Assembly (NCBI RefSeq): GCF_018350175.1
Contig: NC_058368.1
Location: 51,089,815 to 51,153,814, forward strand
Reading direction: 5' to 3'
Length of the DNA: 64,000 nt
Origin: Felis catus
Lineage: Eukaryota
The first letter of the stretch is position 1, and each line of letters starts with the position of its first letter. Positions 13,945 to 26,485 of this stretch are shown here, in pieces. The notes below the pieces were generated by a model. It ran no database searches. It was not told the origin of the DNA and saw only the letters and a list, made by a program, of their open reading frames with translations. The translations under genes were made by a program, and so were the position numbers.

Positions 13945-14520
13945 GTTTGTGTTCTATGCTACATAACAAATTAGCACAAACTTAACAGCTTCAAACGACA
14001 CATTTTTATTCTCTCTTAGTTTCTGTGAGTTAAAAGTCTGGCCATGGCTTAGCTGGGTGGTCTCACAAGACTGAAATCAAGGTGTGGGCTGGGCTACATC
14101 CTCATCGGGAGACTAGGGAGAAAATCCACTTCCCAGCTCCCTCAGAATTAATTTCTTTGTGGCTGTAAAATTCCTGGAGCATTACTGTTTCAAGGCCAGC
14201 AACAGAGAAAAACAGTGTGTGCTGCTTGGGAGTGTCTGAATTCAGGGAAGGCAGCACAGCACCTCTTTTAAAGGCAAACCTACCCAGAGTAATCTCCCTT
14301 TTGATGAGCTCAAACTCAACTGATTAGGGACCTTAATTACATCTACAGAATTCCTTCACCCTTGCCATATAATGAAGCATAATCACAGGAGCGATATTTC
14401 ATCTCCTTTACCATATCCTATTGATTAGAAGAAGCAAGTTATGGGTTCCATCCTAACCCAACGAGAGGGGATTCTACGAGGACATGACTCATTGGGGGCT
14501 ACCTTGGTATTGTCCACACA
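13945..14520 (-). mobile_element. MLT1 (MaLR) LTR
   Basis: CATAACAAATTAGCACAAACTTAACAGCTTCAAAC...GGGACCTTAATTACATCT motifs typical of MLT1. Confidence 0.7.
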
Positions 14521-15228
14521 GAGGCCTGGGTCCTCAATTTTTCTGCTCTACCCTATCACTAGCTTCCATCCTAAAGTTCCCCTCATGGTGCAAGAAAGTC
14601 CTAGAGCTCTACCCATCATATCCACCAAACACCCTACAGAAAGGAGAAAGAAATAAAGAAAGAGTACTCCTCGCAACTGGTTCAGCTGCCTGTAAGCTGG
14701 CTTTGCAGGAGTCCTACAAGTTTACTGAAATCTTTTCAGCCTCGGCCCCTGGCAATTAGGAGATACATCATCTGTAAAAGAGTTATTAAGATGCAATAAA
14801 ACAAACTTAAAGTCACTCTGCTTTTTATTGTCACCATTCACCAAAAATTCTAAATAATCCAGTGATAGAATACTCTTCCCTCGTCCCCAAAAAACATTGT
14901 AGGTGGTCTAATTTCTAAACAATTGGTGTTCTTATGGAAGAGTTTTAATAATATATGTGGAAGTTTCAAATTAGCAGAGTTTTATTACTTATCCTCTAAT
15001 AACATGGTATTCTACTTGGAAGTTAATTCAAAGAACTCCCCATTCACATCCCAGCACAGGAGAAACCACCTACTTCAAGAGTATGTTCATAATGGTCTAG
15101 AATCTTCCAAGTCCCCCCCCTCCCCAGGCACATTTTGTGCCACCAGCTCCATTGGGATGACACATCTCTGAACTGAAACAACAGATACTAAATAAACAAT
15201 GACAGTACAGGAAAGAAACAGAAATGGA

Positions 15229-15897
15229 TGGGAATGCAAGCTGGTGCAGCCACTCTGGAAAACAGCATGGAGGTTCCTCAAAAAACTAAAAATAGTACTA
15301 CCCTATGACCCAGCAATTGCACTACTAGGCATTTATTCAAAGGATACAGGTGTGCTGTTTCGAAGGGACACATACACCCCCATGTTTAGCATGGGGCATG
15401 TTGATAGCAGCAGTATCAACAGTAGCCAAAGTATGGAAAGAGCCCAAATGTCCATCGATGGATGAATGGGTAAAGAAGATGTGGTATATACATACAATGG
15501 AGAATTACTCAGCAATCAAAAAGAATGAAATCTTGCCATTTGCAACCACGTGGATGGAACTGGAGAGTATTATGCTAAGTGAAATTAGTCAGAGAAAGAG
15601 AGAAATCATATGACTTCACTCATATGAGGACTTTAAGACAGAAAACAGATGAACATAAGGGAAGGGAAACAAAAATAATATAAAAACAGGGAGGGGGACA
15701 AAACAGAAGACTCATAAATATGAAGAACAAACTGAGGGTTACGGGAGGCATTGTGGGAGGGGGGAAGGGCTAAATGGATAAGGGGCACTTAAGGAATCTA
15801 CTCCTGAAATCATTGTTGCACTATATGCTAACTAATTTGGATGTAAATTTTAAAAAATCAAAAATAAAACAAGTTAATTTTTAAAAAGGGGGGGAAA
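15229..15897 (+). mobile_element. 5'-truncated carnivore L1 (ORF2 end plus 3'UTR)
   Basis: Encodes degenerate [11 protein letters not shown]...; TSD AAAGAAACA(G/A)AAATGGA at 15212-15228 and 15898-15914. Confidence 0.9.
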
Positions 15898-15916
15898 AAA
15901 GAAACAAAAATGGAAT

Positions 15917-16632
15917 TGATGACGTTTTGGGGTGATGGTGGGGGCTCCGGAGCCGACAACCAAGAAAGAATTCTTGAAGACATCTTTGGTGCAAAACAGT
16001 GATTTTATTAAATCACAGGAACAAGACCCGTGGACAGGAAAAGCTGCACTGGGGTTGTGAAGAGTGGCTCATTACATACTATGAAGTTGGGGGAGGTAAA
16101 GTCAAAAGGGAGGCCTCCTGAGGGACTTTGATGTGCTGAAGAGGACTCCTAAATTACCTGAGGCCTTGCTATTGTCAAGCGAAGATTGTTTTCCCTCTAG
16201 TAAGGAATTAACATTAGGACAGTAGTTCCTGGAGAAATGTTGTACTCTGTATTTGTCTTAAGTGTTGTCAGTGGGCTGCAGGTTATAAGGAAATTTAATT
16301 TCACCTGCCATTTCCTGCTTGCCATTGTTCCCCATATCACTGTGGAGGGGATGTGATGTTGGGGCTCCAGGGAACTGAGTCTACAGGTTACTGGAGATCA
16401 GGCTATTGATAAGATTGTCTTTTTCTTGTAATTTACCAAGACACCTGTAAACTGATAGAGATCCATGTCCTGTATGCCTGATCTCTCAGTTGGCCATTTG
16501 TTTTCTTTCCTTTCCCTTGTCCTTGGGCAGCCAGGAGTGCCTGAGGAATATCACACACATCCCACCTGCTGGCGGGGAGAAGGGGTGCTAGCTTGCACTT
16601 TGACCTCAGCGCGACCCCATGCTCCCTCATCA
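15917..16632 (-). mobile_element. Solo ERV LTR, family X long form, copy A
   Basis: TGATGA...TCATCA termini, perfect 4-bp TSD GAAT, poly(A) signal on the - strand (TTTATT at about 16004). Confidence 0.9.
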
Positions 16633-16697
16633 GAATTGCTTCAATTCTTTCATTCTGTGTAACCACTTAGAGTTGTTTTGTTGTGTTTTAATTTATT

Positions 16698-16916
16698 TTT
16701 TTTTAATTTTTTTTAGGTTTATTTATTTTTGACAGAGACAGACTGTGAGCACGAGCTGGGGAGGGGCAGAGAGAGAGGGAGACACAGAATCCGAAGCAGG
16801 CTCCAGGCTCCAAGCTGTCAGCACAGAGCCTGACGCGGGGCTCGAACCCACCAACCGTGAGATCATGACCTGAGCTGAAGTCAGACGCTTAACCGACTGA
16901 GCCACCCAGGCGCCCC
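16698..16916 (-). mobile_element. SINEC_Fc SINE
   Basis: Full element on the - strand; TSD TGTTGTGTTT(T/A)AA. Confidence 0.93.
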
Positions 16917-16946
16917 TGTTGTGTTTAAATTTAAACCAAGGGACAA

Positions 16947-17422
16947 GGGGCATCTAGGTGTCTCAGTTGGTTGGGCATCTGACTTTAGCTCAGGTCATGA
17001 TCCTGCAGTTCATGGGTTCAGGCCCCGCATCGGGCTCTGTGCTGACAGCCCGGAGCCTGGATCCTGTTTTGGATTCTGTGTCTCCCTCTCCCTCTGCCCC
17101 TCCTCCACTCACACTCTGTCTCACTCTCTCTTAAAAATAAATAAATATTTAAATAAATAAATAAGGAAGTAAGTAAGTAAGTAAGTAAATAAATAAATAA
17201 ATAAATAAAACAAAAGAGAGGGGTGCCTGAGTGGCTCAGTCACTTGAGCACCTGAACACTCAGGTCATTATCTCGAGGCTTGTGAGTTTGCGCCCATGTT
17301 GGGTTCTATGCTGACAGCTCAGAGCCTGGAGTCTGCTTTGGATTCTGTGTCTCCCTCCCTCTCTGCTCCTCCCCCACTCATGCTCTCTCAAAAATAAATA
17401 AATGTTAAAAAAAATTTTTTTA
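16947..17422 (+). mobile_element. Two tandem SINEC SINEs (16947-17210, 17220-17422)
   Basis: Two heads (GGGGCATCTAGGTG and GGGGTGCCTGAGTGG), with (TAAA)n/(TAAG)n and A/T tails. Confidence 0.9.
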
Positions 17423-17539
17423 AGCAACAAAAGACAGTGGAAACTGTGAGGTGTATTTTTTTTTTTTTTTTTTGGTCACCACAAATTTTAACTTATACGT
17501 GAAATATTTCACTTCATGATGATGATTTAAAATTTTTAA

Positions 17540-17985
17540 ATATTTTTTTAAGTAAGCTCTATGCCCAATGAAAAGCTCAAACTCACAACCCTGAGATCAA
17601 GAGTCACGTGTTCCACCAACTGATCCAGTCAGGTGCCCCTTTCTTCTTGTTTAATTGTTAGTTGTTTCTCAACCAAAGAACAAATTCAGAGTGTGAGACA
17701 TCACATCAGTGGCAATTTAATGGGTGCCTAATTTTTGCAGATGTTTTAGTTTTATTAAATTTTAACACATGGGATTCCCGGGAGGCTCAGTCAGTTGAGC
17801 ACCTGACTTTTGATTTTGGCTCAGGTCATGATCTCACAGTTCATGAGATCTTGTTGGGCTCTACGCTGACAGTGTGGAGCCTGCTTGAGATTCCCTCTCT
17901 GCCCTTCCCCCACTCACGTTCTCCCTCTCTCTCTGTTTCTGTCTCTCTTTCTCTCTCAAAATAAATAAACATTTTTAAAAATGTT
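17540..17985. mobile_element. Short SINEC (-, 17540-17640) and older SINEC (+, 17770-17985)
   Basis: CCTGAGATCAAGAGTCACGTG...AGGTGCCCC and GGCTCAGTCAGTTGAGC...(CT)n AAATAAA. Confidence 0.8.
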
Positions 17986-20368
17986 TTGTTTAACTTTTAT
18001 TAACTTCATTAGTTACTATAAGGTTATCCATTACTATGACAGACAATTATACAGATATAATTGGGTTTTTTTCCTTCCTATTTCTTTCCTTTTGACATAC
18101 CGATGGAGCCCAATGATCTTGATTTATCTTTCTATAAAATAAATAAGTACAATAAGTAACTACAGGACATGCTTTGCTGAACTCTGTTTCGAGATGGAGA
18201 GATCTCTACTTTCCTGTCTTCTGAGATGGAAAGAGAAAGAACCTTACTTATCCTGTTCTCTGCTCTCAGGTGCCCCAACCATGTATCAACATCAGGCCAT
18301 TGTTCTGGCCTGAAAAATCTGGGCGTGAGGGAACCATCTCCCCCCACACAGGTGAGCTTTACAAGGTGTGAGTCAAGATCAAGCCATTGTTCACTCAGTA
18401 ATAAACTGGGTGAGTTAGGAATAGAAATTGAAAAAAATCCTTTAAAATGGTAAATAATCTGTTATCTTTAATGGACAGAAAGATTGTTAGGGTTTAAAGA
18501 ATTTGCCTTTCTTTTTCCTGTGCTCAACATTAGTTTGGAGGCTCAACCTTTTATCAATGTTTAAGTGCTCTATCTATCCCATTGAGAAGTTTGAACAAAG
18601 AATTCTCACCTTCTTTAGAATGAACAGGCTATGTTAACCGGGTGCATCGGGAAGGGGACACACAAAAACCCCATCCTGGAAATTCTTTACTCAGAATTAC
18701 ACTAGCTGGAACTGTATCCTGGAACCTCATTCTCAACAGATAGTGGAAAACACCCTGTCTCAAAAATCTGATAATGAAATGTTCATTCAACGCATTATGT
18801 AACCTCCCTCTATAACAAAGGACATCAAATTATCATCAGATCTTTCTGTCCAGGCAACTCATAGCTCCTTTCCACTTCTGGGTCTGTGCAAATTCACCTG
18901 TTTCAGTCCACACCACTGGATATTTCCAGAAGAGGGCAGAGAGATGCGGTAATAGTATTGGTTTATGATTTTATGTAATTCTGACATTTGGTCTCCCCAA
19001 ATGCCTCATCAATTAATCCGGGGAGGGGGCAGAAACAGAAACTGCTCATGCTCACTAGACTGGGGTAGGCTCGAGGAAGCATGACCCTCTGCTCACACAT
19101 TCACTATCGAGAAAGATCCAGGACACTGGCCATGACAAGGAGTGTGTTCATGTGTGGACATTCTCAAGCACAATACTTGTTTACTTCATTGTACAAGAAA
19201 ATATGGATCATGGATCATGCATTTCAAAATTAAGTCATTTCTATATTTTAAATTCATATTCATAGAAATTGAATGCTATTTATTAAATAACTTTTAATAA
19301 ATGTTATTCTCAGGAATATTAATTATTTACTAAATAATACTCCATGAATGTCATGTGTTACATAATAGTTATTAATAATATAATAGAAATAACATACCTT
19401 GAATAAATGTTATTAAATGAGAATATATTCAATTGTAAAATTAAACATCAAATCTCCACTGTGTTAAATATAAATAGTTAAGTCAAATACAAATGGAAAA
19501 AGAATAAAGAGGGTGTATTCTGGAGATAACATTTGCAACAGTGAGGATAAGACACGTATGTTCACTGCAAACCTAACATTTCCCCACCGCGGTGTGGGGG
19601 TGGGGAGAGGGTGTTAGACAAGTTGCTTGGAAGCCTCCCAGGGGCACCTCCTCCCCTTTGCTGGGTTTTGGTTCTTTCTGTCAGGGACCCACCTCCAAGT
19701 TCTCTGGGCCAAGAGATATATAGTCCATGTTGAGCCCAGAAGAGAAAAAGCAAGCCAGTCAAAGTAGAGAAGTTTGGTGGCTCTGGCTAAGAGCCTCCCC
19801 ATTCTTTCTGGGGTTTCTCAAAATGGTTCTCTCTGGTTCAGAAGACACCTTCCCCCCCTCCCTGATGCTCCCTGACAACCAGTACTGTGGGGCAGATGCT
19901 CCCAAGACTGCAGTTTGAGAAACTCTGACCTTTTAAACAAACTGAACCTGAGATCCTCTTAACACAATAGGGTAAAACAATGCTTGGGCTTCAGGTTATT
20001 AAATGTATAATGCCTATTTTTTCTATTACTTAGTTAACACAGAAATAAGTGGGGAGGCAGGGATGAAAAGCATCAGAGGCGATCCAGTGCGACTGGGTTG
20101 GGGATGCTCGCGGATAAAGCACAGCCAGTGAAGTACGGTCCTGGGAAGAAATGCATGAGGTACAAACTAAGTCAGAACCTGAAGCCCCAAAATGCAAATT
20201 AAAATGGCTTAGTCCATAAAAGAAAGCAAGCCCCGAGGAAGAAAAAACAATTTGGGGAAATTGTGAAAATGGACCCATGAAAATGAAAGGGGGGGGGGGG
20301 TCAACGAATAAATTACTGCAAAAGTAATTTTTTTAAGCACATGGAATTTTTTAATATACTGCTCAACA

Positions 20369-20407
<39 letters not shown>

Positions 20408-20724
20408 TTCTTCTGCTTTGCAATGGTAACTACGATCTCAGCAGAGATTTCTTCAAGCAGATGTTCTTTCTCCTTTAAGGGCCATATTGGAAAATTGACA
20501 TGACTCTTTGCCCCAGGCCAAGATGCTGAGTCTGCAGCCAGTCCAGCCACTACCCCCCCCCCACCGCCCTGCTTTTCTCCCTACTTACATCTTTTTCTGC
20601 TTCTGCAGCTGCCACCCTATTTGCTATTCTCTAGAATAGTGATAGCAATCTCAGGTGTTTCTTCTACTGACATCTTCTATGGCCGTAAAATATCGTCAAC
20701 CATCTCCCTTTTTTAAAAACACAT

Positions 20725-20935
20725 AATTTTTAATGTTTATTTATTTTTAAGAAAGAGAGAGAGAGAGAGAGGGCATGTGAGCAAAGAGAAAAGCAGAGAG
20801 AGGCAGACAGAGGATCCGAAGTGGGCTCCACCCACACTGACCGCAGAGAGCCCGATGTGGGGCTCGAACTCAGGAACCGTGAGATCATGACCTAAGCTGC
20901 AGTGGGATGCTTAACTGAATGAGCGCCCCAGTCAC
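20725..20935 (-). mobile_element. SINEC SINE
   Basis: T-tail, (GA)n, GGGGCTCGAACTCAGGAACCGTGAGATCATGACC. Confidence 0.85.
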
Positions 20936-21420
20936 CATCTCCCTTAGTGAAAATACCTTCAAGTGCCCCTTCATCCCCCTTTATTTTGCTTCACAAAGAA
21001 GGTCCTCCAAATAATCATAGGCAAACTGGTGTCTCCACCACGACGCTCCCACAGTTTGCCACTGCAAGCTGGCTTCTGCCCCATCACTGCTCTGAAAGTG
21101 CTTTCACGAAGATCCCCGAAGGCCTCCTGTTGCCAGACGTAATTTCTTTTTATCAAGCCTCAGCGTCCCCCAAACTCTCTCTGACGTTTGACCCTATTTA
21201 TCACTCCGTGTCTTTAAAACTTTTTTCTCCTTTGGGTTTTGAGTATACACTCCTAATTCTGCTGCCTTGCCTACATTCCTGCTCAGATTTTTTTGCTCGT
21301 TAAATCTGGGTGTTCCCTAGGGCTCTGCATTCATCCTAGTCTATACCTGTGGCTCCAACTGTGGTCTCCAGACAGGGACATCCTCATCCCCAATGGCCCT
21401 TGTTAGAAATGCAAATTATG

Positions 21421-21625
21421 GGGGCACCTGGGTGGTTCAGTCAGTTAAGCACGGGGCTCTTGATTTCGGCCCAGGTCATGATCTCAAGGTTCATGGGATT
21501 GAGCCCTGCTTCAGGCTCTCTACTGTGAGCACAGAGCCTGGTTGGGATCCTCTGTCTCCCTCTCACTCTCTGTTCCTCCCCTGCTTGCTCTCTCTCGAAA
21601 ATAAACATAAAAAAAATTTTTTTAA
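21421..21625 (+). mobile_element. SINEC SINE
   Basis: 16-bp TSD AGAAATGCAAATTATG at 21405-21420 and 21626-21641. Confidence 0.92.
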
Positions 21626-21637
21626 AGAAATGCAAAT

Positions 21638-21840
21638 TATGTTGCCAGATAGAATTAAAGATACCCAGTTCAACTGGAATGTCAGCAAGGAATAAGTTTT
21701 ATGATAAAAAGTATTTAGGGTAAGTACGTCCCATGTAATTTTGGGACACACTTATCCTTTTAAAAAAAATGTTTATCTGAAATTCAAATTTAATTAGGCA
21801 TCTTGCTTTTTTTTTCAGTTTGCTAAATCTTACAGTCCTA
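21638..21840. mobile_element. MER53-like palindromic MITE
   Basis: GTTGCCAGAT...TAAGTACGTCCCA/TGGGACACACTTA...TGCTAAATCT; sits within a MER5A-like element (about 21345-22670). Confidence 0.8.
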
Positions 21841-21874
21841 AATGCAAATTAGCAGTCCCTGTCAGAGTCCTACG

Positions 21875-22578
21875 TGATGAGGGAGCATTGGGCAGGCTGG
21901 GGGCAAAATACAAGCTAGTACAACCTCACCCCTACCCAGGTGGGATATGTGTGACACTCCTCAGGCACTCCTGGCTGCCCAAGGACAAAGGAAAAGACAG
22001 AAAACAAATGGTTAAACTGATAGAGTCTCCATCTCTACATCTAGTTTACAAATATCAGTAAATTACAAGAAAAAGGCAACCTTACCAATAGCCTGATCTC
22101 CAGTAACCTGTAGACTCAGTTCCCTGGAGCCCCAACATCACATCCCCTCCACGGTGATATGGGGAACAAAGGCAAGCAGGAAATGGCAGGTGAAACTAAA
22201 TTTCCTTATAACCTGCAGCCCACTGACAACACTTAAGACAGAGTACAGAGTACAACATTTCTCCAGGAACTACTGTCCTAATGTTAATTCCTTACTAGAG
22301 GGAAAACAATCTTCGCTTGACAATAGCAAGGCCTCAGGTAATTTAGGAGTCCTCTTCAGCACATCAAAGTCCCTCAGGAGGCCTCCCTTTTGACTTTACC
22401 TCCCCCAACTTCATAGTATGTAATGAGCCACTCTTCCCAGTGCAGCTCTTCCTGCCCATGGGTACTGCCCCATGCTTTAATAAAATCACTGTTTTGCACC
22501 AAAGACGTCTTCAAGAATTCTTTCTTGGCTGTCACCTCCAAACCCCATGAAACCCACCATCACTCCAAAACCTCTTCA
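21875..22578 (+). mobile_element. Solo ERV LTR, family X long form, copy B
   Basis: Reverse-complement homologue of copy A; TGATGA...TCTTCA; AATAAA at about 22479; flanking CTAC repeat (one extra G on the left). Confidence 0.9.
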
Positions 22579-24129
22579 CTACTGACAGTCTGGAGATGGG
22601 ACCCATAATCTGCATTTTAACAAGCTCTCTACATGATTCTAATATTGCCTAAAGTTTAAGGAGCACCTCTCCACACCAGACCCTCGGCCGACCTCATCTG
22701 TTCCCATGACACTTCCCCAAAGTGTGGGATGCTCCTGAACTGCTAACTGTTGTGGGTTTTCCTGAATTTGACTTAATCATGTGACCCACCTCTGTGTGGA
22801 AAAGTAGGAGCAACGCCAGAATAAAGTGATGGAGTGCTTGGCTTTAGAGCAATTTCAACCTGTCTTGGTGTGAAACTGAAAGATTTGGGAGTAGACTCAA
22901 TGAGAGAGAATCTGTTTTTTCTGCAATTCGCTGCATAAAGTTATAAAAAATAAAAAAATAAAAAGTCCCTGGAAGCACGTTTGTGGCACCCAGTCCCACC
23001 TCCTCACTTCTAAAAGGGAAGGTGACAGGGACCCCCCCCCGTAAGGTTGGGGGTCTGAGTGTAGAGCAGCCAGTGCATCCATCCAGAGTCCCTCTGAGCC
23101 ACCATGGCTTTGGATCCTGTAGACAGCCTTGGACAGTGAATTAAGTTTGCACAGTTGCCTGTTCTTCCCTCCAGAAGAGTCTTATGGAGTTAACTCCGAC
23201 ATTATGGAGGAAGAAGCAGCCTTTAATCAAAATAGCACTGTGGATCGCAGGATCCAACTGATTGAAAGCCTTGCTCTCTTTCTACACACTACAGTTTACT
23301 GAGCACCTACTAGGTAGGCACTGGGAACTGGGTCTGATGCTATACAGACTGTAACAGTTCTAACTGTGGGAGTTACTGATCAAACAAGAAACACTGCAAG
23401 AGCTGGGTTCCAATTCACTTTACCAATAATTGTGGTATAATTCTGGGTATGTTGCTATTATATGGAAATAAAAATCTCAACGGTAAATAGAAGTTATTAA
23501 AAAGAGCAGCCACAATGAAGCCTCAGATACTTATATAACTTTAGAATGAAAATATCAAGAAGGACAACGGGAAAATCATGCAAGGCACATTCCATCAAAT
23601 AATTAAAGACCGGACTTTTTTTATAAATGCTTGATGGCAAGAAAATGTCACAAGTCAGAATAATGTTCATTATTTGTTGAATATGTTCCATATGTCACAT
23701 GTGTGGATTTTCTAATCCTACGAAGAGATTTCAGCTGAAAACTCCCATTGTGTTGACTAGAAAATGAGTGACTTACTTCTTCCCATGCAAGGGGCTGGGA
23801 AACCGATTTGGCACAGCAGGTGGCACTGTCTCCCTTGGGTTTCTCTGGTGGGGTCCCCTGGCCACACAGAGCCTTCCTTAAGGAGGCAGGGGTGACAGGG
23901 CCCTGTTGTCTTGCTGCAGGCTGCCCCCCAACTCACCTCTGCCACTCCCTCCAGTCACCTGCCTCTCCCTGAAGGTTCCCACTGCCAGCAATGCCCTTTC
24001 CCTGTTGCTCTACTTGGAAAATGTCTACTCATCCTTTTCCATACAGCCTTCATGAAATGTTACCTCCCCTGTGACACCTATTTGAGGCCTCCAAGCAGAA
24101 TCGGTAACCCCCGCTCTCTATCGGTGCCG

Positions 24130-25420
24130 TAACGCTTTATATTTGCTCACGTATTTCTTCATGAAATATTTATTGATCAGCTGCTATGGATCAGACAGTG
24201 TGTCCGGCCCTGGAAACAGAAAGATATGTGATGTGTGGGGTCTGCTGTCATGAAGCTGGCAAGCCACAGGGAAGGATGGTACACTAAGGGTGGATGAGGA
24301 TGTGCAAGGGGAGCATTAGGGAAGCACAGGGTGGGCCTGGGGAGGACAGAAGGTGGAGATGCCTGAGGGGATGCCTGAGATGACCATACAAGGAGCAGTC
24401 AACGGATGGGAAGGAAGGAGAAGGCACTCTGGGAAGCGGGGACCGTGGAAAGGCCCGTGAGTTAGGCGTGCTGGGGATGGGGAGAACCTACAAGCAGTTG
24501 GATGTTTGGGGGAACTCGGAGATTGACAACAGATAAGGCAGGTAAGATGAGTAGAGATCAGAACATTCCCGTCCCTATAGGATGCTTATATCTCATCCAG
24601 GCAGCCTATTAGAATCACTCTGGTAGAATCATAAAAGTACACACCCCCAGATGTGCTGATTTAGTTAGTAGGTCTGGGCAAGGGCCAGAAATCTTCCATT
24701 TTAACAAATGCTCAGGTAGCCATGATACATTTGCCCAAAGAAACACATTCTTAAGAAACACTTCTATAATTGATGGGAAGTCCTTGAGGAATTTATAAAA
24801 GCAAATAACAGAGATTTGTGTTTTAGAGAGAACACGCTTGCAGTTTAAAGGAGAATCAATTAAGAGAACGAAGCTGGAAGCGGAGTCCATTTAGGAGGCC
24901 TCTTCTGTGGTCAAAGTAAGAAATGGTAGGGGTCCCATCCAGAGCAATAGTTCAGGGGAAAATGAAATTCCCCAAGCCTGCTGATTAGATAGACCAGAGG
25001 ACGAGAGAAGAGAAGGCTCCTGGTTTCCCAGCATGAACGGGGCCCCAAGTGAAACAGGGAAGACACAGGAGAAGGCAAGTTGGGGGAAAGAAGGTGGTGC
25101 ATTCAGTCTTTTTCATACAGAGCAGTCAGTGCCTGGGAACATCCAGACAGAGCACTCAGAGAGCCGAATGTGTGAGTCTGAAGCTTGGGAGAGCAGAATG
25201 AGCCCAGGAGACAGATCTGGAAATAGTCTGCCCCTGCTGCTGGTCGGGGACCATGAGGCCTAGAAAGAGCCCCTGTGAGATCATTCAGCATGAGAAGAAG
25301 AAAGCCTACACAGACCTCCAGCGAGCACCAGATGCAATGGACTAGCTGGGGAAGAGGAGCTATGGCGGACCAGGAGAGCATGGGTTAGGGGACCCAAAGA
25401 AGGGAAACATCAGGAGGGAG
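24130..25420. mobile_element. Degenerate L2 LINE with nested MER5-like fragment (about 24610-24720)
   Basis: AAATATTTATTGATCAGCTGCTATG and purine-rich L2-like body; GAAATCTTCCATTTTAACAAATGCTCAGGT is MER5-like. Confidence 0.55.
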
Positions 25421-25670
25421 CACAGTGTTGGGATTAAGGGCATAGGTTCTAAAGTCAGACAGCTCCAGCACTTACTAGTTGGGTAAAATGGAGTATTATC
25501 TTTTACTGTGTCTCAGTTCCCTCATTTGTAAAATGGGCATACTGAGGGGCACCCATCTCATTGGGTTATTCTGATGGTGAAGTCAGTTAATATAAAAAAA
25601 AGCATTTAGGCTATGTATGACCTCCACATATGAGGTTCTTTTTTTAAAAACAGTTTTATTGAGGTATAGT

Positions 25671-26296
25671 TGCAGAGTAAAACGGAGTCTCTCATGTCAA
25701 GCAGGGGCCTGTGTCAAGCAACGACATAAGCATTTAAAGGTGAGCAGGTATGCAATCTCACCTGGACCAGCATCAGCTGACACCCCGGAAGCGATAACAT
25801 GCAGAACCAGAGGAAGTCTGCAGGAGCCAAGTGATTAAATCTTTTTAAAAAGGGGAGGATTTTGCGGCAAACTGTCAGACTCTTCAGACATGACCTCTCT
25901 ATATCTGACCACTTAAAAAAAGGCAACTGCTGCTGAAGGCCCAGCCCGACTGAGGTACGAACAGAACCGAGATCCTAGTTCCTTCACTGCTTGGACATAA
26001 CAAGCAGTAAGTGCTGAGAGCCGACCCGGACCCAACCAAAGCCTCATCTCAACTGTGCGCCCACAGACTGACGTTGAGTTTGGTTCGTTAACTTCCTACA
26101 TCCTTCTGTTATCTTGTTTGTTGTGTAGTTCATCTTACATCCTGCCCTGTGCACTGTGTAAGAAGCCAAGTGTGATCACATAGTTTGGAATCCTGAACCT
26201 GCTTTGTAACTGTGATTCACTTTGCTTTATGACTGAATGCAGCTGACACTAGAAAGACACAACTCACATGTGCGCCTTCCTAGCACACTCATGACA
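25671..26296 (+). mobile_element. Probable solo LTR inserted in an L1 3' end (- strand L1, about 25638-26580)
   Basis: TG...TGACA-bounded block splits the L1 motif TTTATTGAGGTATAGT|AATTGATACGTAAAAACCTG; family not recognised. Confidence 0.6.
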
Positions 26297-26446
26297 AATT
26301 GATACGTAAAAACCTGCATGTATTTCACATATATAATTTGGTGAGTTTGGACATATGCCTACACACATGAAACCATCACCACAACTGAAGTAATAGAAGT
26401 ATCCATCACCTCCAAAAGTTTCCTTATATCTGTGTGTGTGCGTGTG

Positions 26447-26485
<39 letters not shown>

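Noticed and set aside
15199..15613. ORFs resembling the L1 ORF2 C-terminus (also 30091-30454)
   Set aside because: Frameshifted fragments of 5'-truncated L1 copies.
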